Source: an uncultured virus (IMG/VR IMGVR_UViG_3300025922_000011) (Duplodnaviria; Heunggongvirae; Uroviricota; Caudoviricetes). Taken from it: DNA of 64,000 bases. How positions within the stretch are numbered: position 1 is the stretch's first letter; each line of letters starts with the position of its first letter. The translations under genes were made by a program, and so were the position numbers. Below the pieces are notes generated by a model. It did not search any database and was not told where the DNA came from. It saw only the letters and a list, made by a program, of their open reading frames with translations. The stretch lies in IMG/VR virus record IMGVR_UViG_3300025922_000011; one strand, written 5' to 3'. Of this stretch, positions 36,223 through 45,565 are shown piece after piece.

Positions 36223-37199
36223 TGCTTGCCCGCCCGGTTATCGGGACCTTCAACGATGCAGAGGGTCGATTGCTGAATGCGACTAACGATACGCTCGCCC
36301 ACGAGATCGATCAGTGTTTTGGTGCTCTCGTTCGTGGTGACGAGCACGCTCTTGTTGCTCGCGTGTCGCTCATGCAGGATCATCAAAATGTGGTCGCGCT
36401 CGAAATCCCCGATGCGTGTTGCGCCGAGATCATCGAGCACCAGGACTTCGGTATTAATCGCCTGCTGGACTAGAGCATCGCGATCTTCGTAGCCTCGCTG
36501 GTAGCTCAGTTGATGCGTCAGTGTCGGCGTGTAGAAGAAGAGTGCTTCTTTGATGCGTCGACCTGCTAACAGGCGTCTGAGCAATGCGCAGACCAGGTGC
36601 GTCTTACCTGTGCCAGGTTTGCCTAAGAGCACCAGGTTTCTCTCTTGCTCGGCAGTCCACTCGCTGATGGTGATGCATGCCTTGAGCGCTGCCTCTTGCG
36701 ACGGAGTCTTGGGTACGTACGGCGAGATACCGAATTGCGCGTCACGCATCGCTGGTGTCAGCGTGACGTGCCGCATTGAGAGCGGTATGCCCATCTGTCC
36801 AAGGTGCCGACGGAACCGGTACTCGGTCCACTTGGCGCACCTCTGATATTCGATGCTGCCGTTATTGTACATCGGGATCTTGCCGACGTGATCGTAGGGA
36901 TCCTGATCAGTGTCACAACGTCCGCCACCTGGCGGACACTTGGCGCATTCACCCAGGCGCACTCGGTGCTCGCTGATTTGCGCTTCGTCGGTGCCGGATG
37001 TGAAAGAGAAATTCTCTACGCTTAGATCTTGAGGCAATAGCTCCAACAGAAACTCTTGCTTCCTGCGCACCAAAAGCTCTACGAGTGCTTGGTGTGAATT
37101 GTCTCCGCCAGTCTCGGCCAGGATCGCAGCGCGTCGCTTCTCGCGTTGTTCGGAGACCGTGCGCAGTAGCTCTGCTGACAGTTCTTCAAGCGTCGGCAT
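36219..37199 (-). CDS. DnaC/IstB-like AAA+ helicase loader
   Basis: GKPGTGKT, LVLDDLG, VTTN, ERIVSRI. Confidence 0.92.
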   Translation of the reverse strand: MPTLEELSAELLRTVSEQREKRRAAILAETGGDNSHQALVELLVRRKQEFLLELLPQDLSVENFSFTSGTDEAQISEHRVRLGECAKCPPGGGRCDTDQDPYDHVGKIPMYNNGSIEYQRCAKWTEYRFRRHLGQMGIPLSMRHVTLTPAMRDAQFGISPYVPKTPSQEAALKACITISEWTAEQERNLVLLGKPGTGKTHLVCALLRRLLAGRRIKEALFFYTPTLTHQLSYQRGYEDRDALVQQAINTEVLVLDDLGATRIGDFERDHILMILHERHASNKSVLVTTNESTKTLIDLVGERIVSRIQQSTLCIVEGPDNRAGKQ

Positions 37200-38469
37200 T
37201 GGCGGCCTCCTTCTTCTTTGCTTGCCGTTCGAGCCGTTCAGCGTGCATCTGCATTGCGACGACCCATGGCTTTGGCTCTTTAGCGTAAGCTGCGGCTGCT
37301 TCGGCGCGTCGCTGTTCTTCGGCCGCCTTGGCCGCTCGAAAGCGTTCGATGATCGCGAGGTCTTCTGGGGTATCGTAGACAGCCTTGCCGCCGTTGCGTG
37401 TCATCTCGTAGAAAGATTTGGGTCGGTTCGGTAGCGGCGGTAGCTCGCTCTGATCTTTGGTGACCGTTGGCTTGAGCGACGCTGTGGTCGTCGTCTGCTC
37501 CGGCTCGCGCGAGCGGTCTCGGCGATCCAGCCGAGCTTGTTTCTCTTTCGCGTGCATGCCGGCGAATCGGAGAGTGCTCTTGAGAAACTCCACGAACCGC
37601 TTCTCGTGGATCTTGTAGAGCAGGACGTCACCCATGCCCGTGCGGTGATAGCGATCGAGGGAGGCGAGCCATTGTTCGGGTGTCGCGCGCTCGTGCCACT
37701 CGGCCCACAGCTCGGAGCTCGGGGCGTAGTCGAGTCGGCCGACGAGCGTTCGTCTGTCGGGCATCGGCTCCGCATGGACCTGGGGATCCACCTCTGCTGC
37801 CTCCGCTCCCTTCTCCCCTAAAGAAAGATCCAAATGATGATGACCCTCACCACCCGCCAAACCAGAGGGGGTCTGGTTAGGGTGATCTCTCAGTTCGGAT
37901 CTGCTTGTAAGAGAGGGATCAGGCAAGGGAGGTACAGGAGGGGCCGATCCAGACTGCTGGCAGTCTGCCGGCAGACTTCCGTTTGGCCCATTGGCCGTTG
38001 AAGTGGCAGGCATTCGCGGGTAAGCCCCCGCGCTGGTAGTGGACGGAGCTATGGAGTGACTCTGCTGGTCATAAACCCCAGAGCGAGGTCGTCTGTCATT
38101 GCGCGTACGTGCGCGATGTCGGCCAGCCTGGCGCTCTCGGTAGCGCTCGCGCTCAGCGTCACGCTTAGCTAAAACCTCGGATTTACTGGTATTCCATTCG
38201 AGGAAATCGCTAATGCGGTAGCTACCCGCCTCATCAAGCACCTGGAATTCACCGATCGCAACCAACTCAGCGATGGCCGCATCGAGATCGGCGCCTTGCA
38301 CCGAGAACTGCGGGACCGCCGCGTAGAGCTCGTCCCGACTGACCACGCCATCCGATAGCTGCTCCGCACTCCAGCAGGTCGCTGCGGTGTAGAGCCCGAT
38401 GGCCGCAAAACTCAAACGCAAAAAACCCTTGCGTCTCAACGTACTAGGATGCAATACTGCGAGTACCAT
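37186..38469 (-). CDS. Putative phage replication initiator
   Basis: Upstream of loader and helicase; AIGLY...W...QLSDG...ISDFLEWN...RDAERER N-terminal pattern plus low-complexity linker. Confidence 0.65.
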   Translation of the reverse strand: MVLAVLHPSTLRRKGFLRLSFAAIGLYTAATCWSAEQLSDGVVSRDELYAAVPQFSVQGADLDAAIAELVAIGEFQVLDEAGSYRISDFLEWNTSKSEVLAKRDAERERYRERQAGRHRARTRNDRRPRSGVYDQQSHSIAPSTTSAGAYPRMPATSTANGPNGSLPADCQQSGSAPPVPPLPDPSLTSRSELRDHPNQTPSGLAGGEGHHHLDLSLGEKGAEAAEVDPQVHAEPMPDRRTLVGRLDYAPSSELWAEWHERATPEQWLASLDRYHRTGMGDVLLYKIHEKRFVEFLKSTLRFAGMHAKEKQARLDRRDRSREPEQTTTTASLKPTVTKDQSELPPLPNRPKSFYEMTRNGGKAVYDTPEDLAIIERFRAAKAAEEQRRAEAAAAYAKEPKPWVVAMQMHAERLERQAKKKEAANADA

Positions 38470-38867
38470 TTGCTCTCCGTTATGGGTGAGGCGGTTTTAT
38501 CCGCCGCCTCACCCTGGCAAATTGAGCGATTGGTAAAAAAACGAGAAGGTATTACGGCGAGGGGGACCGCCGTCCCACATCCCACCGAACGGTCTCGGCC
38601 GATCATTAGCCGAGCTATCATGAGTAGGACTGGATTGCGGTCTAATCACTGCAGTACCGTCTCTCGTGGTGTGTCCCCACAAGGGACTCTGAGCACGCAG
38701 ATCTGCGTCCTCACGATGCACCGCACCGCTCAGCGCGCGAGGTATAATTCGCGCGAGATCGTCACCCTTACACTAACTTGATCGCCTAGGCCAAAAAATC
38801 TGCATCACGCCGATGACATGATTTGTCAGCGTGATTAGCGGGATAAAGCTTGACGTCGCTAGCGATG

Positions 38868-39980
38868 TCATGCTCCGCGCGAGATCGGCATCAGAACCGC
38901 TGAATAGGTGCCGTCCTCGGAGCGAATGCGGAGCGGCTGCTGGTCTACGCCACCCCCAATGAGGGCTCGGTCGCAGTGCTTGGTGCTCTGGACGAGGTTG
39001 TCCCCATCGATCAGGAACTTCAAAGCATCCTTGCGTTTGAAGTCGGCGCTCACCTCGATGCCACCGGCGATCTCGGGGTTACCCGCCTCGTCAATGGCCA
39101 CCGAGAACTGATTGCCGCTGAACGTGAGCGAGACGATCGGCCGCTTCTCGCCGCTCGCCACCACGCAGGCCCGCGCCGCCTCCTGTAGCTCAGCGCCGTC
39201 CACACTCACGAGCTCTTGTAGCTCTTCGTCCAGCTTGGCCAACACCGGCCGCCAGTCCAGGAATGGCGACAGGGGCAACAGGGACGTGACGAGCGTCCGT
39301 TCGCTCGAGATGAAGACCCGCCGGCCATCGCTCGACAGATTGATGAGCTCCTTGTCGTCGGCCGAGCAGAGCGATTTCACGCTGCGCAGTATTTTATCGG
39401 GTAGGAAGATGTCGGCCTGCCCGCTCAGCCGCTCGACCGGGATGCGCGTCATCCCCCAAGAGCTGCCGCTCAAAGCCACGGCCGTCACTTCCCCGGGGCG
39501 AATCGACAACATGACCCCGTGGATGTGCTCTCGGTCCCGATCCGCCGCCCAGCTCACGCGTTCAACGGCGGCCGCTATCGCCTCGGCGGGTAGCACGAAG
39601 GTGTCGGTCGTGGGCGATTTGGGGATCTCAGGGAAATCCTCGACCGTGAAGGTGGGCAGCGTGAATTTGCGCTTGCCCGCACTGACCACGAGCTTCTCAG
39701 CGCCGTACTTCAATGAGACGGTGCCATCGGGCATCGCCGCTGCGGCCGAGGCGAGGCGCACGCTATCCGCTTGGCAGATCCCCTTTTTCAGCAGGACCGC
39801 CGGCATCGACGTCTCGACGCTCATCGTGGTCCCGACTGCGTAACAACGTAGCCCCTCAATGCGCGCTTCCAGCCGAATGGTGCGCACCATCGTAACGATG
39901 GCACCATCGGTGGCAGCGGGCGCAACTCTGTCGAGCAAGGACACGAGGTCCTTGCGGTCAATATCCATTTGCATCCGCAC
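38868..39980 (-). CDS. dnaN: DNA polymerase III beta sliding clamp, divergent
   Basis: 370 aa; FTLPTF..EDFPEIP, FLDWRPV, terminal VLMPI. Confidence 0.88.
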   Translation of the reverse strand: MRMQMDIDRKDLVSLLDRVAPAATDGAIVTMVRTIRLEARIEGLRCYAVGTTMSVETSMPAVLLKKGICQADSVRLASAAAAMPDGTVSLKYGAEKLVVSAGKRKFTLPTFTVEDFPEIPKSPTTDTFVLPAEAIAAAVERVSWAADRDREHIHGVMLSIRPGEVTAVALSGSSWGMTRIPVERLSGQADIFLPDKILRSVKSLCSADDKELINLSSDGRRVFISSERTLVTSLLPLSPFLDWRPVLAKLDEELQELVSVDGAELQEAARACVVASGEKRPIVSLTFSGNQFSVAIDEAGNPEIAGGIEVSADFKRKDALKFLIDGDNLVQSTKHCDRALIGGGVDQQPLRIRSEDGTYSAVLMPISRGA

Positions 39981-40161
39981 TCCTTCGGGCCCGGGGCCCT
40001 ACAAATTCGGTGAGCACCATGACATGGTCGAGCCGGAGCAGGCAAACAAATTCGCGATCTGAAATTGCTTGCCCCGCGCCTGCTAGAGGTGCTAGGAGTG
40101 CTAGCAGTGTTCAGGACCGTGCCCCGGCGGTTCTAGCTTGGATGGAAGAGAGGGTAGCGGT

Positions 40162-40464
40162 ATGCAAGATGTTGTGGAGAAGCTGGTTGAAGTTGACATA
40201 ACACCGGAGCAGTGGCCACAGATCACGCGGTCACGATTAGCCTTCGGACTCATCGCGACCCACATCATGGTGCACGCGCCGCGTCGCCTTCTCATTACAC
40301 AAGACAAGATGAGCGTTGAGGTAACCGAAGAAACGGCGCACCTTTGGCAACAATGGAAGACACGACTGCACCGACAGAGCGAAAAACTGATAACGATCGC
40401 TGATCTGCTGGACGGGTCGTTCACGCAACTCAACGAATTCCTTGAAGGAGGATGGATCCCATGA
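40162..40464 (+). CDS. Hypothetical protein, first gene of the rightward operon
   Basis: RBS-like GAGGG before ATG; ATGA-type overlap with the next gene. Confidence 0.6.
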   Translation: MQDVVEKLVEVDITPEQWPQITRSRLAFGLIATHIMVHAPRRLLITQDKMSVEVTEETAHLWQQWKTRLHRQSEKLITIADLLDGSFTQLNEFLEGGWIP

Positions 40465-41069
40465 CCGAAGCATCGACACAACAGTACTGTGCACTGTGTA
40501 ACGCCTTGTATCTCCGCGCCCCGGATGCAGCGTTGGTTTTCGGAGGCCTTCCCATTTGCGATGCGTGTGCAAAGAAGGTGGATGCAGAGCCACAGATGTT
40601 CGGGGCGGTCGCCGATGGCGCAACGGACGACACGCTCGCGATCCAAGCCCAGCTATCTGAGCAGAAACAACCGGAGCCGCCGACCGAATTGCCCACGAGC
40701 GCGACGTGCGCTGAATGCAAGGCAGCGATCACGGGCGACCGCCTGCGCTGGATGCCGCTCGATGCGGAGCTCGCCATCAGCCTTGAAAAGCTTGGCGTCA
40801 TGGTCGGGGACCCGCATCGCGCAGGCTTTTCGTACATCTGCAACGCATCCGCCGTCCCGGCGCACATCTGCCTGTGCGTGACCGAAAAAGGCATTCGGGT
40901 CGCGCGTTGCGTCTACTGCGCGCGGCGCTCGCCGTACCCCGCTCCGAACCCTGGCCGCTCACTCGATGAACGCATTCACGTGGCCAAGCTCTCGGCGCCG
41001 AAGCCCACCGCAGAGCCCGAGCCTCAAGGGTGGGCCGCGTGGGCTACTCCGCACGATGAGGGACCGTGA
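40452..41069 (+). CDS. Cys-rich Zn-finger protein containing a spike-gene fragment
   Basis: Multiple CxxC motifs; PQMFGAVADGATDDTLAIQA insert. Confidence 0.65.
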   Translation: MDPMTEASTQQYCALCNALYLRAPDAALVFGGLPICDACAKKVDAEPQMFGAVADGATDDTLAIQAQLSEQKQPEPPTELPTSATCAECKAAITGDRLRWMPLDAELAISLEKLGVMVGDPHRAGFSYICNASAVPAHICLCVTEKGIRVARCVYCARRSPYPAPNPGRSLDERIHVAKLSAPKPTAEPEPQGWAAWATPHDEGP

Positions 41070-42166
41070 GCGACTCAGACACACTGGACAAAGCGTTGCG
41101 CGCGGCCGGCTGGATCCAGAGCAACGAGACTAACGCAAATCGCGTGGCTGAGCGCGATGAGTTACTTGAGCTCCGCGCGAAAGTCTCGGCTCACACCGAA
41201 ATGGACCGTAAGATCACCGAATTAATTCGCGAGCGCGATGAGTTGCTTAAGCAGTACACGCGGTGCAAATCGGAAATCCGTCGCATCACCGAATCCGAAT
41301 CGGACGACGCCGCTCAGCTGTTGCACGATCTGGAGCTGGAAATCAATGCGGAGTTCGAGCGTGCGAAACAAGCCGAAGCGGAGCGAGATGCGCTCCGCGC
41401 GAAACTCTCGGCCCACAGTAACCCAATGCTCATGATCGAACTGGACCGTAAGGTCACCGAATTAATTCACGAGCGCAACGCCCTGAGCCACGAGCTGACC
41501 GGACTGAGGGCGCAGTACGAACTACGCACCCAAGTGCTCAGAACGGAAGAGCGCATCGCTGCTGAGCTCAGGCATGAAAAAGATAATGCCTACGCGGAGC
41601 GCGACAAGTGCGTCGCGCTCATCGTGAGCATGGCCTCGGCACTCGGCTGCCGCGCGGGCCTGCGTGAGCACGATCCGAATGATCCGGATTGGGATCCCAA
41701 TTGGCGAACGGTCGTCTACGTTGATCTGCCGACCGGTCAGGTGAGCTGGCACATCCACGAATCGGAGCGTCACTGGTTCAGTCAGCTCAAGGAGTACCCG
41801 GGTCAATGGGACGGCCACAACACCAAGCAGAAGTACGAGCGTGTGCTGAATGCAACATGGAGACCGACACTGCCAGCATCGGACAGCCCGAGCGATGAGA
41901 CGCTCCAGCGTCTTTGCGTGATTTATAACGTCGCGCAGTCAGCGGCGATGGAGCGGCATCCATGGGACTCGCTAGCGCCTCTGCGGGCGGTAGTACGCGC
42001 GGTACAGAATTCGTTATTGCCTTCGAACGAAGATCTCGGCCGCATCACGCTGACCGCGATTCTAGGCGTTGCGGGCTGGAGCGAAAAGTCGCTCGCCGGC
42101 TTCAACACCCCTGAGCATTTACAGAAGACCGGAGCGGCCATCCGCGCGAAGCTGGTGAAGCCGTGA
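41066..42166 (+). CDS. Coiled-coil plus WDGH-domain protein
   Basis: DLPTGQVSWHI...WDGH motif. Confidence 0.75.
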   Translation: MSDSDTLDKALRAAGWIQSNETNANRVAERDELLELRAKVSAHTEMDRKITELIRERDELLKQYTRCKSEIRRITESESDDAAQLLHDLELEINAEFERAKQAEAERDALRAKLSAHSNPMLMIELDRKVTELIHERNALSHELTGLRAQYELRTQVLRTEERIAAELRHEKDNAYAERDKCVALIVSMASALGCRAGLREHDPNDPDWDPNWRTVVYVDLPTGQVSWHIHESERHWFSQLKEYPGQWDGHNTKQKYERVLNATWRPTLPASDSPSDETLQRLCVIYNVAQSAAMERHPWDSLAPLRAVVRAVQNSLLPSNEDLGRITLTAILGVAGWSEKSLAGFNTPEHLQKTGAAIRAKLVKP

Positions 42167-42459
42167 GCCGTGTGTGGCCCATACGCAGAGCAGACACGGG
42201 CGAGCTCTACGGCTATCACTTCTGGTGCCCAGGCTGCGACGATGAACATGTCGTCGGAGTGAGTTGGCAGTTCAATGGCGACCTGGACCTACCGACGTTT
42301 TCTCCGTCAGTTTTGGTTACATATGGGGACGGGCACGGTGGGCACGGTGCGCACTGCCACTCGTTCATACGAGCGGGTCGAATTGAATATCTGAGCGACT
42401 GTTCACATGCACTTGCCGGCCAGACCGTTGACCTGCCAGAGCGCCCGGTGAAGCCGTGA
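42163..42459 (+). CDS. DUF6527-like Zn-binding protein
   Basis: FWCPGC..H, WQFNG..PTFSPSVL, CHSFI..G.IEYLSDCSH.LAGQTV. Confidence 0.75.
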   Translation: MSRVWPIRRADTGELYGYHFWCPGCDDEHVVGVSWQFNGDLDLPTFSPSVLVTYGDGHGGHGAHCHSFIRAGRIEYLSDCSHALAGQTVDLPERPVKP

Positions 42460-42995
42460 CGCGGCCGAGCTTGGAGGAGATACGTCGCACGTTCTTGTGT
42501 GCGTATAACAGAGAGGACATGCGCGGCGGGGCTACCTTGCCCACTGATGCTGGCCTCCGAGCTGTACTCGACGCTATCCCCGACGCGGACGCAGAGATCG
42601 AGCGCTTACGAGGTCTCATCGATCGCGATCGCACTGGACTCGCAGCGGCTTTCAACGCCGTTCAGAGAATCGTCAAAGGCTACTGGTGGTTGGCCGAGGG
42701 AGAATGGGGCTCGTACGACTACACGCAGCACAATGAAGGCACCCTGCGAAACGAGATACGGCATTGCTTGGAGCAGATCTCATCGCAGGCGAGCGAAGCG
42801 CTGAAGGAGTCGGGGCGTCGAGCGGATTCGGCCTTTCGTTCGCGCGCAATCGAATTGCCCGACGATGAGACGCTTGGGCGGATTGCAGAGAGGTCAGCGA
42901 CAGACTTCTACAATCTGCAGTCTGTACGTCACCCGGATAAGGTGCGCCACGAGGAGTTCGGAGCGGCCATCCGCGCGAAGCTGGTGAAGCCATGA
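42456..42995 (+). CDS. Hypothetical protein, GAAIRAKL cassette family
   Basis: Shared N- and C-terminal motifs with neighbours. Confidence 0.7.
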   Translation: MTRPSLEEIRRTFLCAYNREDMRGGATLPTDAGLRAVLDAIPDADAEIERLRGLIDRDRTGLAAAFNAVQRIVKGYWWLAEGEWGSYDYTQHNEGTLRNEIRHCLEQISSQASEALKESGRRADSAFRSRAIELPDDETLGRIAERSATDFYNLQSVRHPDKVRHEEFGAAIRAKLVKP

Positions 42996-43273
42996 AGCGG
43001 CCGAGCTTCGACGAACTGTGGCGGCTATTCGTAACGGCGAAGGACGCTGCGCACAATCCGCCCACGTCTGCTATTACAGGACACGCTGCGCAACAAGTGG
43101 CACTCCGCGCCGTGCTCGCCGCGCTGCCGCCTGCGATCGAGTTGCCATCGGACGAAGATCTCGGGAGGATTGCGCGCTCCGAGGTTTGCAACGGCGAAGG
43201 TGACCGCAATGCCGGACCATTGAGCGACCACGCAATCGGCGCGGCCATCCGAGCGAAGGTAGTGAAGCTATGA
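42992..43273 (+). CDS. Hypothetical protein, GAAIRAKL cassette family
   Basis: MKRPSFDEL...LPSDEDLGRIA...GAAIRAKVVKL. Confidence 0.7.
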   Translation: MKRPSFDELWRLFVTAKDAAHNPPTSAITGHAAQQVALRAVLAALPPAIELPSDEDLGRIARSEVCNGEGDRNAGPLSDHAIGAAIRAKVVKL

Positions 43274-43638
43274 ACTGGTACCGCATTGTTTGCCATATGC
43301 GGTCTTTGCCGTTGTTGTGGACGAAGCCGGAGTCGTCACGATCGCGGCACCGATTGGACGTTGGATGCGCTCTAAGAGACTGACAGAAGTCACGCGCTGG
43401 GTAAGAGGGAAAGGCGGAACCGTCGAGGAGGTGCGGACGTGAGCTTCGTTGAAAGCAAATGTGTCTACGAAAGCGGGACCGAAGAGCCGCGCCCCAATGC
43501 CGAGTACTGCTCGCACTGCAAACGCTATGTAACCGAAACAGAATGCGGAGCTACCGTTGAAGCCGCCGAGCTCTTCGCATCGGTTACGGCTGCGTTGCCC
43601 TGCAGGTTTGAACGCCTCGCCACTGGAAAGGTGAAGCC

Positions 43639-43908
43639 GTGAAGAGTGCGAGCTTCGAGGAGCTGACATCAATCTATTGGAAAGTGTTCAATAATTATAG
43701 GCTGGACATGGAGCGCCCAGAAGACGTGAGCCACGATGCAGCGCTCCGCGCCGTACTCGCAGCGATCCCCGAAAGCGTGACGCTGCCTGACGATGAGACG
43801 CTTGGGCGGATTGCGAATGAGGCAAGCTGGCCAGAGGGACGAAAGTTTCCGTCAGATCGCGAAGTCGGCGCGGCCATTCGCGCAAAGCTGACGGGAGTGT
43901 CGAGCTGA
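43639..43908 (+). CDS. Hypothetical protein, GAAIRAKL cassette family
   Basis: SFEEL...LPDDETLGRIA...GAAIRAKL. Confidence 0.7.
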   Translation: MKSASFEELTSIYWKVFNNYRLDMERPEDVSHDAALRAVLAAIPESVTLPDDETLGRIANEASWPEGRKFPSDREVGAAIRAKLTGVSS

Positions 43909-44567
43909 TGATCTGGCAGCTCGTCCTAGCGGTTTGCTCGCCCATGGCGCTACTCTGTGCGTACGGCGCTTTCCTGCACGGAGACCCGATTCAAACGCTC
44001 TGCATGGCTGTGGTGAGCGGCGTCGGTGTGGGTAGCCTCGTCTGCTTCAGTTTGGTCGATGCATCGAGCCATAACTTCAAAGAACTCAAGCGTTTGACCG
44101 AAGAGCTACTAGCTGAAAACGCCAAGCTGAAAGAGCGGCTTGACCTAACCGATGGGCAGTGAGCGATGGCGTTCTGCTCACCCGCAGAGCTCGTGATCGA
44201 TATCGAGCAGATGGCCAAGCTGGAAAAGGATCCAGTCAAGCAGAATGCGCTCCTTACATTGAGCAAGGAGGCCTACGCCGAACTCGTTGCACTCGACAAG
44301 ATGGACACCCAAAAAACCCGCCGTCGGCTCGAACTACTGCACCTACAAGCCCTGATGATCCTCGAACATGAAGAGTGAACCGGACAAGAGCGAGCCGCGC
44401 CGCTGCGTGGTGTGCGGAGTGACAGAGGGCGTGCGCAGGATCAGCATCTGTCTCGATGGTGAGCCGCTCCGCATGCAGCCCGATCTATGCACCGCGCACA
44501 GCGAGCAGTTCATTTTGCGTACGGGCATCGCCCTGGGCCAGCTCATTTACCGTAAGGAAGAACAGAC

Positions 44568-45158
44568 GTGACTCACCGCATCCGCGAGCGCTCCCGAGTC
44601 GCTACGCGAAAGACCCCATCCCTCTCCGTACCAACGGATTCGGGGGCGCTCTCGGTTGCGGCGGGCAAAGTAGGCATCGGCATCGATCCGGGCTTGGGTG
44701 CCGAGCGCTGCGGCCTAGCCGCGATCTACGCCGAGCCGCCGCGCCTCATTGAGGTGCAGAGCGTCGGACCCGAGCCATGGGATGAGATCCGGCGGTTCGT
44801 GACGAAGGTAGCGCAGAACTACACGCTCTCATTCATTGCGATTGAAAATCCGCTTCGTGTGCTCGCGGGCAAGCACAAGAGCGGTGAGACGAATGTCAAG
44901 GCGTGGCGTCTGCTCGAGGTGGTCGGTTTCGCGCGGGGGATCGCAGCGATGCTGCACGTAGCCTTCATCGAGATCGATCCGCAGAGGATTAAGCGCGGGG
45001 TCGGTGCCGCTCGCACTGCGGACAAGAAGCAAGTGCGCCGCTGCGTGCGGGCTTGCTTTGGCACGCCGCAGTGGCTCAATGAACACGAGGCCGACGCACT
45101 AGCGACGGCCTACTCCGCGCGCGCCATTCATCGCATGCGCGTGGCGGGGCTGTCATGA
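44568..45158 (+). CDS. ruvC: Holliday junction resolvase RuvC
   Basis: GIDPG, IAIE, IKRGVG...ADKKQV, HEADALA. Confidence 0.88.
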   Translation: MTHRIRERSRVATRKTPSLSVPTDSGALSVAAGKVGIGIDPGLGAERCGLAAIYAEPPRLIEVQSVGPEPWDEIRRFVTKVAQNYTLSFIAIENPLRVLAGKHKSGETNVKAWRLLEVVGFARGIAAMLHVAFIEIDPQRIKRGVGAARTADKKQVRRCVRACFGTPQWLNEHEADALATAYSARAIHRMRVAGLS

Positions 45159-45565
45159 GCGCTGCGACCGACATCAAGGACTACCTGAGCAAGCACCCGT
45201 TTCGGGTCATCATCACCGGCTCGCGCAATTGGCGCGACGCGGGCATCATGCGCGAGCGGATCCTGCGTTTGGAGCTGACCACGAGTCATCCCAACACGTG
45301 CATCGTGCACGGCGCCTCACCGCTCGGTGGTGCTGATTGGATTGCGGACGACATCGCCGACGAGCTCGGCATTCGCTGCGAGCGCTTCCCGCCCGATCCA
45401 CGCATCCAACCGCGCGCCTTCGCCCTCCGAGCGCGCAACACGCGCATGGTCAAGGCGGGCGGCGATCTACTGCTCGCCTTTCCGCTCGCCGACAGTCGCG
45501 GCACATGGGACACGTACAATCTCGCGCGTGCGCACGGCATCCCGGTGGAGGTAGTCAGCCGATGA
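45155..45565 (+). CDS. SLOG family (YspA/DUF2493-like) protein
   Basis: VIITGSRNW, IVHGA...GAD, RN..M, SRGT. Confidence 0.85.
   Translation: MSAATDIKDYLSKHPFRVIITGSRNWRDAGIMRERILRLELTTSHPNTCIVHGASPLGGADWIADDIADELGIRCERFPPDPRIQPRAFALRARNTRMVKAGGDLLLAFPLADSRGTWDTYNLARAHGIPVEVVSR

Noticed and set aside
36219..37199. IS21 transposon (IstB) or packaging ATPase
   Set aside because: No IstA nearby; position between initiator and DnaB indicates a helicase loader
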